DNA of 59,150 nt, filler included, from Sphacelaria rigidula (Eukaryota): NCBI GenBank assembly GCA_964200075.2. It is 6 parts of 6 records of this genome, joined end to end, with 100 filler letters (N's around TTAATTAATTAA, not from the genome) between each part and the next. Parts side by side here need not be neighbours in the genome. Positions count along the whole stretch, not along the records: positions 19,754 to 29,528 come from CAXNAA020007789.1; positions 29,629 to 39,402 come from CAXNAA020007790.1; 4 more parts are not named here. One strand, 5' to 3'. Made by a program: the position numbers and the translations under genes. The stretch's first letter is position 1. Each line of letters opens with the position of its first letter. The notes under the pieces are model-generated. The model saw nothing but the letters and a program-made list of their open reading frames with translations. It made no database searches and had not been told where the DNA came from. Shown here piece after piece: positions 24,643 to 38,842 of this stretch.

Positions 24643-25183
24643 GTAAGTCACGGCGCAATGTTTTTGATAGTTTTCTCGTGTGTGTCTCCGCGCAGCTGCA
24701 GAATGGGAGTGCTGGCTCATCTTACATGAGCTGATATGCGATCTATACTCATACATAGACGGGGAGCTTCGCGGGTTATCGCTTAAATATAACGTATTTC
24801 GTCTGACTAACTCTCGAGCTTATCGTATAACTGGAATCGTAGATGGTGCCTGATATAGCAGTGACAAATGTATCTCCATATATGTACATAGGTGAAGCCC
24901 AGTATCAATATAGTCTATCCAGGCTAGTGTTCGTGTTTATCGCACATGCAGGATCTTCGACGATGTTCCCTGTATCCAACATCCGTGATGTGTGTGTGTG
25001 TGTGTGTCGATATTACCATACACCCTGAATTCCGCATATAGAGTTGCATTTGGTGCCTGTTGCGCATCGATGGCTCCCTCAAAAGCACCACCCCCCGGCG
25101 TCCCTTTTCCCGGCATTCACCATGCCGTACCGCCTCGTGTGTGTTCCGTTCATACACGCTTCTTGCACGTGTCTTTCCCCCAG

Positions 25184-25375
25184 CTAGCCGCTACGGACAG
25201 CTTCGAGTGGCAATCCGACTCCGACGATGCCTTCGATCGTACTCTCAGCTTTGGACTCAACTCGTACGCCGCGGTGACGGCGATAGACATTTTGTTCCCC
25301 GCCGGCGACAGTTACAACTTCGAGATCCAACTATTCTACTACGGCAGCGACGGAGAACCGGGTCTCGTTCTCTCG
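25184..25375 (+). CDS. Same gene, exon C (LAATDSFEWQSDS...GLVLS)
   Basis: Polypyrimidine tract plus cAG acceptor and GTgggt donor; 192 nt, open frame, GC3-rich codons. Confidence 0.78.
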
Positions 25376-26160
25376 GTGGGTTCCACCGTGCGGGCTCTGA
25401 GAGTTCCGATGTAATCAATTTTTACCAGCAGTGGTATACGCGTTTCCCTTCAAAACCGGTATAGACTTGAGAAATGTGCTGAGTATTCCAGCATACCCGG
25501 AATACTGAGCCGTACCTGTACTCGCACAATAATCTAGTGTACAAACAGTCTATCATGAGACCACGACTGGACCCCTGGGGGGTCAGTTAAGGTACGACAA
25601 TCAATCAGTAAAAAAACTAGCGTAGCTGCAGATACATGTAAATGACTACGAAAACAAGAGGTGGGTGGTCTTTATTTGGCGGGGAGAGGGGCGGCACGAT
25701 TGTCGTGATGTTGGTTCAAGTTGGGAGTGGGTGAACAAATACAATGCATCGATTGAGACATTGTAATCCCGCTCTCAAAGACACCGTGTGTCTTGCTCTC
25801 TAGTCTACCCCGAGGAACACAGAATATTAGATTGCCCCCGTTGCTTCGATAGCCCAGATACCTTGACCAACGGTCCCATGAACAACCGTTCTGTCCGGTA
25901 ATCATGACGGGTTTTCTTTGTATGAGATTTGAAAAGCTCCACGGCACACGTACCGGCAAAACTGTCCATGCATGTTCATATGCTTTTGTGTTTTTTTCTA
26001 ATATAACGCCCACGTGAACAATGCAGCACACGATTATGGTGGTAAGTTCTGCTCCGCGATTTACTATTCCGTCATAATCCCGAGAATGTATCGAACGTAC
26101 TCTTCATCCGCGGGACCATTCTACTCTGCCTGCACATAATCACGACGTCATCGTTTTCAG

Positions 26161-26340
26161 GGTCAAAGCGATTCACAATCGGCAGACTACCAGACGTGGA
26201 CATTCGATACTCCCGCGGGTGCTTATGTAGACCTTGTGTCCATTCGAATGTTGGGCACTGAGGGCGGGAGCGGCGGTTTCAAGATGCTGGACGCCAGAAT
26301 AATTGGCACTCCCGTCGACGACCCAAGCGGCGAGTACTGG
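26161..26340 (+). CDS. Same gene, exon D (GQSDSQSADYQTWTF...GEYW)
   Basis: Acceptor ttttcAG and donor GTgagt; 180 nt, open frame. Confidence 0.8.
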
Positions 26341-26975
26341 GTGAGTTAACTGGCGTTTTTCTGCCTTGTTGTTTTTCCGTTTTTCCGTAGGGAGGGACTG
26401 TAGCTTAATAGGCGTTTGTCGGCAGCCGGCGTCGTTTAGTGTGTTGTCACAATGAGGGACATGGCTTTGATCGCGGACGTAGGGACATGATTTTTATCAT
26501 CAAGTACGACGCCCCACGGAACGAACTGTTTCCCAAGGCATCACCAGCAGCGGTGGTCATAATATCAACAGCAACAGCAACGACGACGACGACGACAACC
26601 GTGCAGCTATTTGGGACACACTACTCACAGTTTGCACATGTTTGTTTCCACCGCGGTGTTATTGATGACGAAATGGTTCTTGCGTTACGTGTCACACGCA
26701 TGGAAGAGCACAGATTGCATGATTATCTAACTGCTTGTTCTAGAATACGCCACGTTGCACGGTTATTGATGGGCTGCGAAATGTTCGAAATAGTGCTGTG
26801 AAAAACGTGACACAGCATCTGACAAATCTTGAATGAGTGTTTTCTTCATTCGTTGAGAAATATCCGACCTCGTTCGAGGACTTGCTCTACACCTTACCTA
26901 TGCTCCATACGCTACACAGTACACGTAAACAACTGTCCCCGCGTCTCTCCCGTGTCTTCGTCTCCCTCTCTGAAG

Positions 26976-27086
26976 GTGGAATCAACATTTATCGACGACT
27001 GGGAGACCTCACACTACCCCGAATACATCGGAGAGGGGTCCGGCGATCAGAAGGCGATCATGGGAGCCATATGCGCGGTCAAAAAG
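26976..27086 (+). CDS. Same gene, exon E (VESTFIDDW...GSGDQKAIMGAICAVKK)
   Basis: Pyrimidine tract plus aAG acceptor and GTgacc donor; 111 nt. GxGDQxAIxxAI resembles the N-cap helix of the pectate-lyase superfamily. Confidence 0.72.
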
Positions 27087-29054
27087 GTGACCGCCGAAGA
27101 GTTGAACAGTGCGTTTCTGGACCCTTGTGGGGCATACGTTACAAAGGATCTCATGCATGCCCACTGGGTATATCTGCGGCTCAGGTTTTATGAACCGGTG
27201 ATCAATACCGCTACAGTTGGTATCTTGAACATCTCGCCTCGCAGCCAAACGGTCAAACCAACGGTCTTTTGTGAACACGTACGTGTTAAGGATTTCGACA
27301 CTGTGTTTCATTGCTGCAGACTCGAGCCTGAATAAATGTGAGGTTCCTAGGATGGGCGGAAAGCATACAGACACGAAGCACCTTACGACACGATAGATGC
27401 ATCCCAGCAGACCCGACAAAATATTGGAGCTGTCTTCTATTCATGAATACCTGTAGCACGTGCGCGTTGTTTGATCGTATCACCGTGTAGGACCAATGCT
27501 AGGGTATTGTCATCTGAAAGATCAGACGGGTATTTTAGGAGGGTGCTTTCAAGGAGAAGGAGTACCGTTTTCCCGCCGTCCCAGACCATACAAATATATG
27601 TGTTGTTGGAAGATGACCCCCAAGTTTCGTAAATCTGATTTTACTGAAATATGGCTGACCTGATGTGCAGTAGTAGTCGATGCTCGCCGCTATCCACGTC
27701 CAGGTCTTCGCGGTGCATGTGGGCATCTTACTACGGCTCTACGTTGAATGACGACGAGAACAGTGTGAAGATTTTCATTCAAAGTGGCACAATACGCGCA
27801 GTGACACGTTGGCCTACATACAATCTTTGTTTATAGTCGAATTATTCGTGTTATCCTTGCACTTAGATGCAGTATAGAATATACTGCGTTTCACCAATTC
27901 GTACCGTAGCCCACGAGGAACCGATCATTCGAACCGCATGTATAATAGGATCAGTTTCGGTGTTGCACGTAGGCACAGTCAAAGCAAGTTCGTTGCCCAA
28001 CGATTCCTAGCGAGCAGATGATTGATGTCCTCATGAGCTTGCCCATCACATGCACACCTTGTTTTCCCGGAATTGAGTGACCGGGGACCTTAGTCATGCC
28101 AGCAGTTGCTGCATGTCTTTGCTTGAATCTTCTTTTCATTTTATTCCTTCATGTTCGCTCACATGCCTACATGAAACGATCGATCAACCCCTGGATGGGC
28201 TGAAGTTTGTGTGAGCAAAAATGCTCCAGACCCGAAGGGACCAACACCGTAACAGGCGCGCCATCTGTATGGAAAGCGTGAGGACAAAGTTAACCAGATA
28301 GCCGAATGATACTGGTGTTCGTTGCGGCGGAATGAGCACGGTGACATGCTACATTTGTGTAACCTTCGAGAGTGCTGCGTCAAGCAATGCCGCGGTAGAG
28401 GTGCACTTTTTTCGCGAAATATTGTCTAGTTCAGGGGCTCCCAGCGATTCTAGATGCACAAGAACATGGATCAGGGCATCCCCGTCTACAAACTCATTCG
28501 AGATATCCCCAGCACATTGAAGTAGTAATCCTGGCATACTTTCACATATTTCCATGAGTGGTGTTGTGCAGGAGATCGAGGGCTCCTAACAATTCTAACC
28601 TAAAAACATATTTGTGCACCCCTACCGTAGTATCACTCCGTCATAGCCTACGCTTCTCGTGCCATGCACTCGCATTTACTCACCCTCGCTTCACCGAAAA
28701 GCACGGCGGAAGTCGCCTTGTATTTGTCGCGGGTTATTAACGCGAGGCAGCCTGCCGATGTTGTTTTTCAACCTTTCCAGCGCCTGAGAACCAAACGATG
28801 GTACATAACTCCGTGACGACGGCTGGTCGGTACCTAGTGTTAGCCTTGTCCCGGCGAAGATCTTAGCTCCGTGCTTTAGCAGGGTATATACCACTGGAGG
28901 GGAGGGTTTCGCGGGCTTCGGAGTTCATAAGATGAGGGGTCGGGCTCTGAGTAGCTTGCAGGCAGGTGATCGCTCAAGGAAACGCGGTTGCCAGAAACAT
29001 GTTGCCTGTCGTGAAATTGGATGTTGAATGCGATGGAACACCGTGAATGATCAG

Positions 29055-29182
29055 GCCACCTTCGACGGAGTGGATTGCGTGGATGAAGACCCAACTGCCA
29101 CGGGAACAGTGCATCTGTCGATGGGTAACTACTACATCGATGGAAACATTTTTATGAAGTCGGGCGTCTTCCTCGACGGCAG
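29055..29182 (+). CDS. Same gene, exon F (ATFDGVDC...GTVHLSMGNYYIDGNIFMKSGVFLDG)
   Basis: Acceptor tcAG and donor GTgaaa. The pattern GTVxLxxGxYxI...IxxxSGVxLxG matches the first coil of a right-handed beta-helix. The gene appears to run off the contig. Confidence 0.75.
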
Positions 29183-29528
29183 GTGAAATGAAGAATCGAT
29201 GGTCTGTTATACTTCTAGCAAGGATATCGTTTTTGCCACAATTACCCTCGTGGTTTTTGCGTTGTTTCGTGCGGGCGCGCGTCGCGGATCACACTTTGCT
29301 TATGTGCTCTGCTCAATGAATAATTGGGTTTAGACAACTTTGTTTCGTGGGAATGAAAACAATTGCACGAAAATATTGTTTTTCCCGCTTATTTTTTCTC
29401 GTGAACATTGGCGCATACTGCTGTTGCATTGTGCACTCAATTGGCTCAGGGGGGGGCGGGAGGGATACTCATTTGTTGCTTGCTTTAGTCGTTAGACCAT
29501 TGACCACGCATCCTTTTCGAGTCGAAGC

Positions 29529-29628
29529 NNNNNNNNNNNNNNNNNNNNNNNNNNNNNNNNNNNNNNNNNNNNTTAATTAATTAANNNNNNNNNNNNNNNN
29601 NNNNNNNNNNNNNNNNNNNNNNNNNNNN
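29529..29628. other. Artificial contig linker
   Basis: N44-TTAATTAATTAA-N44. Confidence 0.98.
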
Positions 29629-31759
29629 TAGGGATTGATTCGTACGAGTCGAATCAGTTATAATAAAACCAAGTAATTTCCAGACGAATAATTATTTGTT
29701 CGACCCTTGCTCTGATCTACGCGAGCTCATCTCGTGTTTTATCAAATAAAATCTAGCCAGATGTCGACATTTAGCTGGCGTCCATGTACGTCTACAAACG
29801 GACCATTCTCCAGGCACGTGCGGGTTTGTCTTCGCACAAATACTCGGAGCCGTTAGCATGAGGACCGACAGGGGTATTGTACTCTGCCCTTGCTAGGGTT
29901 GTAGGGTTAAGCTGGGTTTCCCCATGGATACCACACGAGACATAAAGTGCAATTTGCTGTTCTTCTGTCTGAAGTGGTGCCGAAACTTATCCGGGATGTG
30001 GATACGGATATAATATCTGAAGTAACACGAGATGAGAGGATCAAAACCGTAGCCACAGAAATTAAAATTTAGCAACCTTTGGTTTGCCAAGGCGCCGTAC
30101 GACAGGGGTAACAGTCCACAATGGTCGAAAAGCATTCCCTGCCTAGAATCGCAAAGCAGCGTGTGGTCAGTAGAGTTCAACGACAGCCGGGTAGGGCACC
30201 AGCTCCATTCTACGGTATGTCGTATTTCTCTCTCCCTCTCTCTCGCTATTTCTTTCCTCTCAGTGCTATACCGTAGCACTCTGGTGCCTTGCTTCCGTGG
30301 GGCCCATGGGTGACAGACCATGCCTAAATATTGTAGTCCACAATAGCTGAGCCGCAGCCTGCTCAGAACGCCATTTTCGTTTTGTTTTATACGTGCATGT
30401 GCTTTTTGTGCACGGTCTTGTTTTACCTCAAGACATGACATGCTGCAGGGGTCGAGATTTTTTTGTTTCTCGTTTCTTATGACTATATTCATTTATTTCT
30501 ATATCTTCTCCGTTCCTTTCCATTTCTCCCCTACTTGGTTTTGGATTTGGTTCCGGTTATTTCAGTTTTCGATCGTTTCGTTTGTTTTAGTTTTGTTAGT
30601 TTAATGTTGGTTTCCCAGGTTTCCTTTTTTGTTTGTTCTATTGCATATTCTTGTTTTGTTTCACTTTTCTTTTGCTTCAGCGAGAGTCTCCGTCTTGTTC
30701 ACCTTGGGTACGCCTACCTCGTGGATAATGACCATGGATGGGTCATGACTACCTCCGGGATTACTCAATGCACGACACTCAATCAATCATTCAATCAATC
30801 ATCAATCCCTCTGCCCCTCGACCGCCGCCCGACTGTGGATGGCTGTGTCGGGCTAAGCTGACCGACCTCTACCAGCAACCAAACGACACAACCAACGCGT
30901 AGGAGAGAGTGAGGAGAGTGACATGTCCTACAGACTAGTCTGAATTTTGTGTCGGCAGTGATGCATCACACAGTCTAGGCAGCGGGCCATGCCGACAGTG
31001 TTTAACTCAAAACGCAACCGAAACTGCGGAGTTCTACCGCTATACTGGAACCCAAACTCAACCCTGCAGCTGCACAGTTCTACACGAAGTTAGGGCACCG
31101 TCACGGAAAACATGTCGACGGAGACAAGACATTTGTGGGTAAATACCAGATTCGGCGGACTGGAGATAGCCGCTGGCACGGGCTGGGACGGGCTGGGATG
31201 GGTTCACCCTCCCCCTGAAACCATAACGCAAGGCGAGCACCATAATCGATATCTCGAAGGAAAATCAAAACAGAAAAAAATGCTCGCGCATAAGATTGAT
31301 TGTTGCACATTAACGGATGTCTGAGGAACCCAGACGTGGTGACCAGATGGATGTACCGAAGGTAAACAAAAGGGAGATGCTCGCCAAATAAAAAGAAACG
31401 TGGAAATAGATAGGTATATAGAGTAAATAAAATGTATAAACTGCAGAAACAAAACGAAAAAAAAGCAAAAACAAGCAGAAGAGGAATGGAAAGAAACGAA
31501 AAAGACCTAGAAACGTCAGTAATGATCATGAAATAAAATAAACCTAGAAATGGCCAGCCCCTGCAGCATGGCTTCAGGTGCAGGAAGGCCGTGCAAATAA
31601 CGCGCATGCACTCGTGCGAAAAAAACGCTGTGGAAGCAGATTGTGGCTCAGCTATTTCAGACCCTGCTATTTGGGCATGAGCTCTCTGACCCATGATCCC
31701 TACGGAAGAAAGGCATCAAAATGCTACTGTATACTGTGACACTGAGAATAATGGAATAG

Positions 31760-34400
31760 CGAGAGATAGAGAGAGGGGAAAAATGGGGACAGGAAGAAGG
31801 AGAGAATCGAAAAGAAGGAAATTAAGGAAGCGGTGAAACCTAAGGACACAGTACAGTAGACCATGTACGGAAGCACCATCAGGGAACACCGCAAGATCGC
31901 GGGCCAAGGAAGACGTCAACGACCGATTAGAGAGTACCGGGGTGGATCAGTTTCCGCATTAACCAAGCTTCCCTATTCATCCCTAACCGGGTACAAAGCA
32001 GGATACTCTCTCGACCGTTTCCATCCTGATTTCCTCGCGAGCTGTTGTTGTTGTTGTGTCATCGGTGGCGGCTCTCCGATTGGCGGGTCTCGATGCAGCA
32101 CCCTCTCGTTTGTGACGAAGGTCCGATTGGAGTTTGCCTTTGCGTCGCCACGCCTCCTAGAACACTACCATCCCTTTCTCGACTGCAAGATGTCATTTGC
32201 CCTTGTTTCTCGCCGCAGCGATCCAGTAGTGTGCGTCTTGACGCTCCACACCGTGGACGAGTAATTTTCATTGTGCTTTTTTGCGTAGGAGAGTCCCTAC
32301 TGCATATAGGTTCTCTTGGAGGCGGTCTCTCCAGTTTTGCAATCTTGGCGCCGGCTAGCCTCCTTCGGCCCTCCTACGGTTAACCGTCCAAACATGATGG
32401 GCTTCGGAAGACGAGTTTCATCCTGCCGGACGAGGATCTCCGCGACCCAGAGTTGGCGCTTGCGGATGGTCGTCTCGGTACGTTCGCAGCTGGTCATCTT
32501 CAGCACATTGCTGTACGAAATAGTTTTGTAGCCAGTTCACCCTCTCCTGCGGAATCCAACCGTTCGCAGAAAACGCTGGTGATGGGCAGCACGCAGACTC
32601 CTGAGGTCCTCGGTACAGCATAGCCTTCACCTCAGTTAAGCAGCCGGGATTTCAGAGAGCTGGGCGTTGGGCCGATCATACAGTTGGGGACTATACTTTC
32701 GGATGGGTACCCATGCAGCGCTGATACGGGGTTTGATTGCGATGGAAAGCTTGGCCTCTGCGCGGGCAGCGCTACCAAGGTCGACGAACCCGGCCGTCTG
32801 CTCATCCCATTGGCCTGCCGCCTCGAGGTGCAGTGCATCCTCTGCGGAACTGGGTACTGCATGGACTCTTGTCTTGCTCTCCGATACCGTCTGTCCGAAC
32901 TCCTGAAATATCACGGCCATCACCCTACAACCCGTCTGGGGACCTCGAGACTGTGCCTGCGTCATTCCTTTTTAGCATTGCCCACACCGCGCGCCGCACC
33001 TCCTCCAGCGGCGTCTCTACCAGAGGGTCGCCATTGTCACTTACTGGCGCATCATCTGAAAATATCAGGCCTGGGACGATGGCTGGGTCTGCCGCAAACC
33101 GGTGGACGATCACGTAGACCAAGGCTGCGCCGAAGATATTGAACAATAACGCGGCCGAAACGTATTCTTCTTTGAGTGCCTGACAGACGTGGAACCACGC
33201 TGATGATTGACCAGGATCCTCCCGCGCTCGCATGCCATTGTGAAATATATGGATAACCTCGATCATCCATGGCAGGACTCCGAATCCAGCAAGCACTTCC
33301 CACAGGAGCGTGCGGATGACTGAGTCGTAGGCCTTATGCAGGTCGATGAAGTACATGCTCAGTGAGACATTGCTCTTCTCTCCTGTCCCAACCCCCGTTG
33401 TCAGCATACCACGAACATCATGTCGGTGGTCGATTGTTGGCGCCAGAATACGCACTTTATTTTCGGGAAAATCCCTGCCACCTCGCAGAACATACCGAGC
33501 CTGTTGTCCACGATTCTGAGGAGGACTTTACCAGCATGTGCCATAGATGCCCCTGTAGTTACCACACCCGGTCCTACCCTTCCAATTGTAGACCATTTCG
33601 ATGGTGGCCTCTTTCCACTTCTGCGGCACCTCGCCAGATGTCCAGACCGCAACGATGATGCTGTGGAAGTCGTTTAGAATCTCCGAATGCTCCCCGACCA
33701 ACGCAAGCTTGAGGAGTTCCGCAGGTGGACCATCCGGGCTTATCACTTTGCCGTTAGCCATAGCTGTCGGAACATCCGCAGTTTCAGTTGGGCCTCGCGG
33801 GTCTCGAAGTGACAGCGCTACCGGTTGTTGCGTAACGTTCTCGATGACCGCTCGATCTGTACTTACGGGTATAGAAATCAGCAACTTGGAGAAGTATTGT
33901 TCCCATCGCTCGCAAATTGGACCTTTGCCCCGCAGTAGGTTCCCGCCCTCGTCCCTGACAGACTGCTCGTCCTCGACTTTTTGTCCCGACAAACTCCACC
34001 CTCCTTTCAGGTGTATGTACCATCCTCTCAGACCCCCAATTCAATATATATACTGTAATATACTCCTTCAACTCTCTAGCATACACATCCAGGTACTTAT
34101 CCACCCCAGCGTTAATTGCCTCCTTCAGTTTCCCGCACGCTGCTCGCATGGTGCGCCTTGCAGGGTCATCTCTCGGTCCCATTCGCACCGTCAACCTCGC
34201 CCTTTCCCTCACATTCCAGGCCTGTTTGAACTCCGTTCGGATCACAGGATCTTCCGACCACCCTGGTATACGCGGCTTTCGAGTCTGACGAGGCACCACC
34301 TTCTCAGCGAAGCTCAGGAGTATGTTGGCGAATTTCGCAGTCAATGCACTTATTGATCGCCAGTTCTAGTCTGCTTGAGCTCGCTGGTGTCGAGCTGGGT
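31760..34400 (-). mobile_element. Degenerate RTE-clade LINE (reverse transcriptase)
   Basis: Fragments 'GPPAELLK', 'VPQKWKEATI...CGNYRGI', 'AHAGKVLLRIVDNRL', 'STTDMMFVV', 'FIDLHKAYDSV' and 'RLPKPIMFG', with multiple frameshifts. Confidence 0.9.
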
Positions 34401-35170
34401 GACTTGCTCACATCGATGGGTGTCAGACTGCAATTCCCGTCCCGTCCCGACAAATTGTCAAATTCCTTCTCCCATCCCGTCATTTCTCAGGCAATGGATA
34501 AAGTACCCGTCCCCTCCTGTCCCCGTCCAGATAACGGAACATCCCGTCCCGTCAACCCCTGAAAAGGTCCGGGTACAGTAGAACGCGCAGCTACTTGACA
34601 ACACGGGAGGGAAGAAAGCAAAAACTGTCTAAAACGCGAAAAAGTACATCCTTTTGCCTGTGTCCTCCAATGGTTGAGTGGTCGGTACCCGAATGGGCAA
34701 ATACGGTGATCTGTTAAGGAACAGAGTGACTAATTATTGAATAACTAACCATAGGAATCAAACGATCAATGGCCTAGAAAAGGTGTGCCTTCTCGTACTT
34801 CGCCCAAGAAAGGTACGAATGATGACTAAAAACGCGAAAACAGCGGAACACACCATTCAGACCGATTTCGCTCCGAATTTTTCACGCACAACAATCGGGG
34901 GGCTCCTGGGGACCCGGGCCTCGAAAGAAGAACAGAAGGAAAAAATATGTTACAAGTACTCGCGAGATATGGGCCATGCGCAGAAGGACGTCTCGCCTCT
35001 ACAAACCACTTCCCCTTTCTAGGCCAAATATTGGCCAGGTATACCTGATCTAGAAACTATTTTTCAATCGTACCTTCTCTGGGCCACCAGTCGGCCCAGA
35101 AAGTACCTGTCCTGAGCCATCGCTTCCCGCACTGTACCTCATGCAGCACACTACACGCAAGGGAATCCAC

Positions 35171-35375
35171 CAAGGGCATGTCGAGTAGAGTATACTCAAT
35201 TGCGGGGTATTTTGAAAGACGTACTTAGGGTACTCAAGTTAGGGTAGAGTGTTGGGAGTCGTACCCGAAAACCAGCTGGGAAGTGATTCCTGGAATTCTA
35301 ACCCCATTTTTTGTGCGTTAAGTACGACTTTCGAAATACCCCGCAATCGAGTATACTCTACTCGACCTACCCTTG
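35171..35375. mobile_element. hAT-type MITE (205 bp)
   Basis: About 55-bp imperfect TIRs starting CAAGGG, and a perfect 8-bp TSD GAATCCAC (35163-35170 and 35376-35383). Confidence 0.85.
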
Positions 35376-38300
35376 GAATCCACGCGCCGACTCCAACCAT
35401 TGCGCCCACACATTCAGCTCTTTTCCCACCCATTTACCTTTTACGAACGCCACAACGACCACACCCCCTTTCTCCCCGGAAATAGTTCCCGGGTCTCTCC
35501 GCATCGACACAAGAACTGGACTTACAACACACAACGCGTCGGTCTTTTGCGCTTGCGGAGTGTTTGTGTTATGCAGCATCGTGACGTTACGATCTGGGGC
35601 TGGTATCAGCGGGCCGTCACCAAGAACGTTATCACATAATCGATGGTTGGTACAAGGGTCGGATAAGAACCGTCATGGCATATCTAAATATAGAGACAGC
35701 ACGGACCTCACATTATCGCAACAATTAGTTGCGCTCGGTTTCACCTGTTACTCGGCGCTTCCGCAACGGAAGGATACTGGAATAAAACACAACGGGACCC
35801 CAAGAAAACGCGAGCAATCGGTGAAACCGAGCGACAGTAAAGTACCATCAATACTGGCGACCTCGGTCTTGTCCTCGGCGACACGTGTGTGCAATCTCAT
35901 CTCCCGCAGCTCTTGAAAATGGGATGGAAAATGGGTGCTGATGACACTACTAGCGTCCTCCTCGAACCACCCTGTAGCATATCGCGCACTAAGCGGCACG
36001 ACTTCAAGCAAGCGTTTGAAAACCACGTCTCGAATGTTGAATTCTTGTCCTGCTCGGTGTGCTATGTACTACTCTTGCAGCCATGTTGCATATCCGAAAG
36101 CTTCGGTCGCAATGCTGTTCGTTGATCGAGAAGACTGCTGCAAAGCTGAACTGTTGAGTATGTGCGGAGCTGGTATCATCAGCTGCTGTGTTTGTACGAG
36201 CCCAATAATCGAAGACGCCACAGTTCTGGCACCGCCGCATTTGACTGCAAGCAAAATTGGATACGGAAGCAAATTGGATTTTGCCTACAACAAACATGAA
36301 ATATGCACACCTTCGACACGTTGTGTGGGTGTGTGGAATGATTGATGAGGTACATTACAATACGCGTGAATCGACGGTTACGGATCACATGTGACGACAT
36401 ATTTCCATGTACCACTGATGTACCGACTGTACTGTACTTTGTACTGCGTTGTCGTCACCACTGCAATCTGTCGCAGGATCTCACCGCAGTAGAAAATGAC
36501 ATATCCTTGCGAGAAATCNNNNNNNNNNATCTCCGGCAGGCTTTACCATGGCGGGCGATCCTCACGTTTCCGTGAACGCTGCAAGAGAAGAGTGTCCCTG
36601 CACACATGCCCTGTTGTTTGTTGTTGCTTATTGCGCCGCGTTTTTGCCCTCTAACTAATTTTTTTGGAATGTATGTCCTCTCCCAGAATTACGTCTCCTC
36701 GTCGGCGTTGCAAGGTTGCTCATCTTGTCATTAGCTTGCACCTTGTCCCTACACAGCAGTATCAATACTGTGTACATGAGGCCTGTGCGACGTTGATATG
36801 GTATCATGTAAGAATCGTATGGACAGTTGGGACCCATACATCGGCCGTCATATACGGATATAAAGATGAGCTCTAAGTCTTTCGCAGGACAGTACAGACC
36901 GCACTGCAGTTCCTCGTGGATGATGTCGGCGTCCCGTCAGGGTGAGGGTTAAGGTCTGAGAAGACCACTAGAGTAATGAACCACGGTTCGTGATGACCAA
37001 GCGGTCGCACAGGTTCGTTTGATAAGATGAACTGTAGATGAGACGCGCCGAGGCCACCAGCCTCGACACACCCCCATACATTTATGTCGTCCATCAGCAC
37101 AGCGCTGTCAGAGCTCGCTATCTGCCCTGTTTTGCTGCTTGTTGTGCGTCCATGATTCTCATGCGCCGGTTGGGTTGTTTTCGTTGAAATATCTTCCACT
37201 AAAATTGTTACGCGTGTTTGCGGCACTACTCTTTCTCCTGCATTTTATTATCAGCTCTGTTTTGAACGGGAGAAGAAGCCTGATCGCATATTCCTCCTCC
37301 AGCAGCGCTTCCAGCGAAAGCCCTTCACCAGCAGGGTGGGGGACACCTGGCGCCGTAAGGCGTACCCACCACCGATATGTTTCCCCTATGATTAATCACG
37401 ATATGGAAAGAACCGAGCGGGTTCGTTTCCCACCACATGAGTTTGGGCTTCTTCGTAGTAGTAATTGCTAATCTTCGCCATTGAAGGCGTGAAGACGTGA
37501 GCAGGAAAGGCAGTTTGAGGTTGAGCTTGTTTGACAAGAAGAGTTGACATTATGCAGGAGGGCTGCGATCTAATCCGCGAAAACAAAGTGCAAGACCGTT
37601 CCCCGGGCTGAGGTCGGTTGATGATCCCTCAAGAGCACGGACGGACTCGTCCTGAGGAGGGGGGGTGTTGAATGTGTGACGAGAAAGAAAAGTAGCAAGT
37701 GCTTCTTTTTATATCCCTTAGTACGTCTATCTTGTGGCTCCGGCTGGATTCGTGGTAGATCACTGAATAGTGACGTGCGACGATCAAACAATCAACCCGG
37801 GACCTTACCGGTTGAGCTTGGAGTCTTGAGTTCATTTCACGGTCGATTGTTATCCTCGCGAAATCTACTATCCATTGTCGAAATCTAATCCTCGTTTCCC
37901 TTTGACCGCACAAAAATCAATACTTTATGACCTCGAACTAGTCGAGTACATATTTAACCTTACACAACAATCAACTAGCTTGTACAGGACTAAGATCAGG
38001 TGATTGTCCGTGATGTGTACACCAAAACCAAGTCATTCATTCACGGAATGCTCAACTCAAGTCACCAGCCACACACACACCCCTTGATAAATATTGATAG
38101 TTGTCTGTCACCACCCCTCTCCCCCAGTCAGACTTTACATTCTGGGGAGCTATTTTATCTCACAAGTTTTGTTCCCTATTCTTCATATGGAACCACAGTA
38201 TCTGCCAGTGCAAGGTGCTGTCATGCAGTTATCACCTTTGCTTTCTTTTCCTTCTGTCATCACTCCCAACCCGTGCCCTTCTACGCGACGAGCCCGTGGT

Positions 38301-38842
38301 CTCGAGTATCGTCTCATCCTCCCCCGGCACGTCTTATTTTGCTGTCGCGGATTAGATCAGCACTCCCGCACCGCGTCGACTGCAGTCTAACAAACTTAGT
38401 CAAACGGACTCCATTTTCGTTACTCACGTCCGCACGCTCTCACGACTGGAATCAGATACTAGAATGAGTACTTCTAAAATAGAGCCAAGCTAGACGCATC
38501 TGGCGGAATTTGAGCCGCGTTTTTTCAATAACACCACCAGGACGCGGCGGAAATAATTACCATGATGTGCTGTCTGAAGTGATACACCAGCGCTACTTTG
38601 ACCGGATTATTTTCTGGTTTCCATCGCCCAAAATTATGAGACCGAGAGTTCGCAACGTGAAAACAAATTCCATAAAAGTCGATGGGCTTCGGCAGTGCTG
38701 ATTCAATACTCGACAAAAAGAGTACCCAGGAGGTGTCGGAGGAGAGATGGGTTGATTCCTCGAGACTACGGACTCCTCCCGATGAATGAAGAAGGGGGTG
38801 TGAAAGTGCGACAAGAGAACAACTCCGACCACGAACACCGCT

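Noticed and set aside
28330-28970. Ankyrin-repeat gene on the minus strand (VYTLLKHGAKI)
   Set aside because: It is a single short motif amid stops, inside an intron of the opposite-strand gene, and too weak to call.
35750-37650. Coding-like stretches in contig 4 (also 39500-40900)
   Set aside because: I recognised no domain or consistent splice structure. They are probably decayed TE sequence but cannot be assigned.
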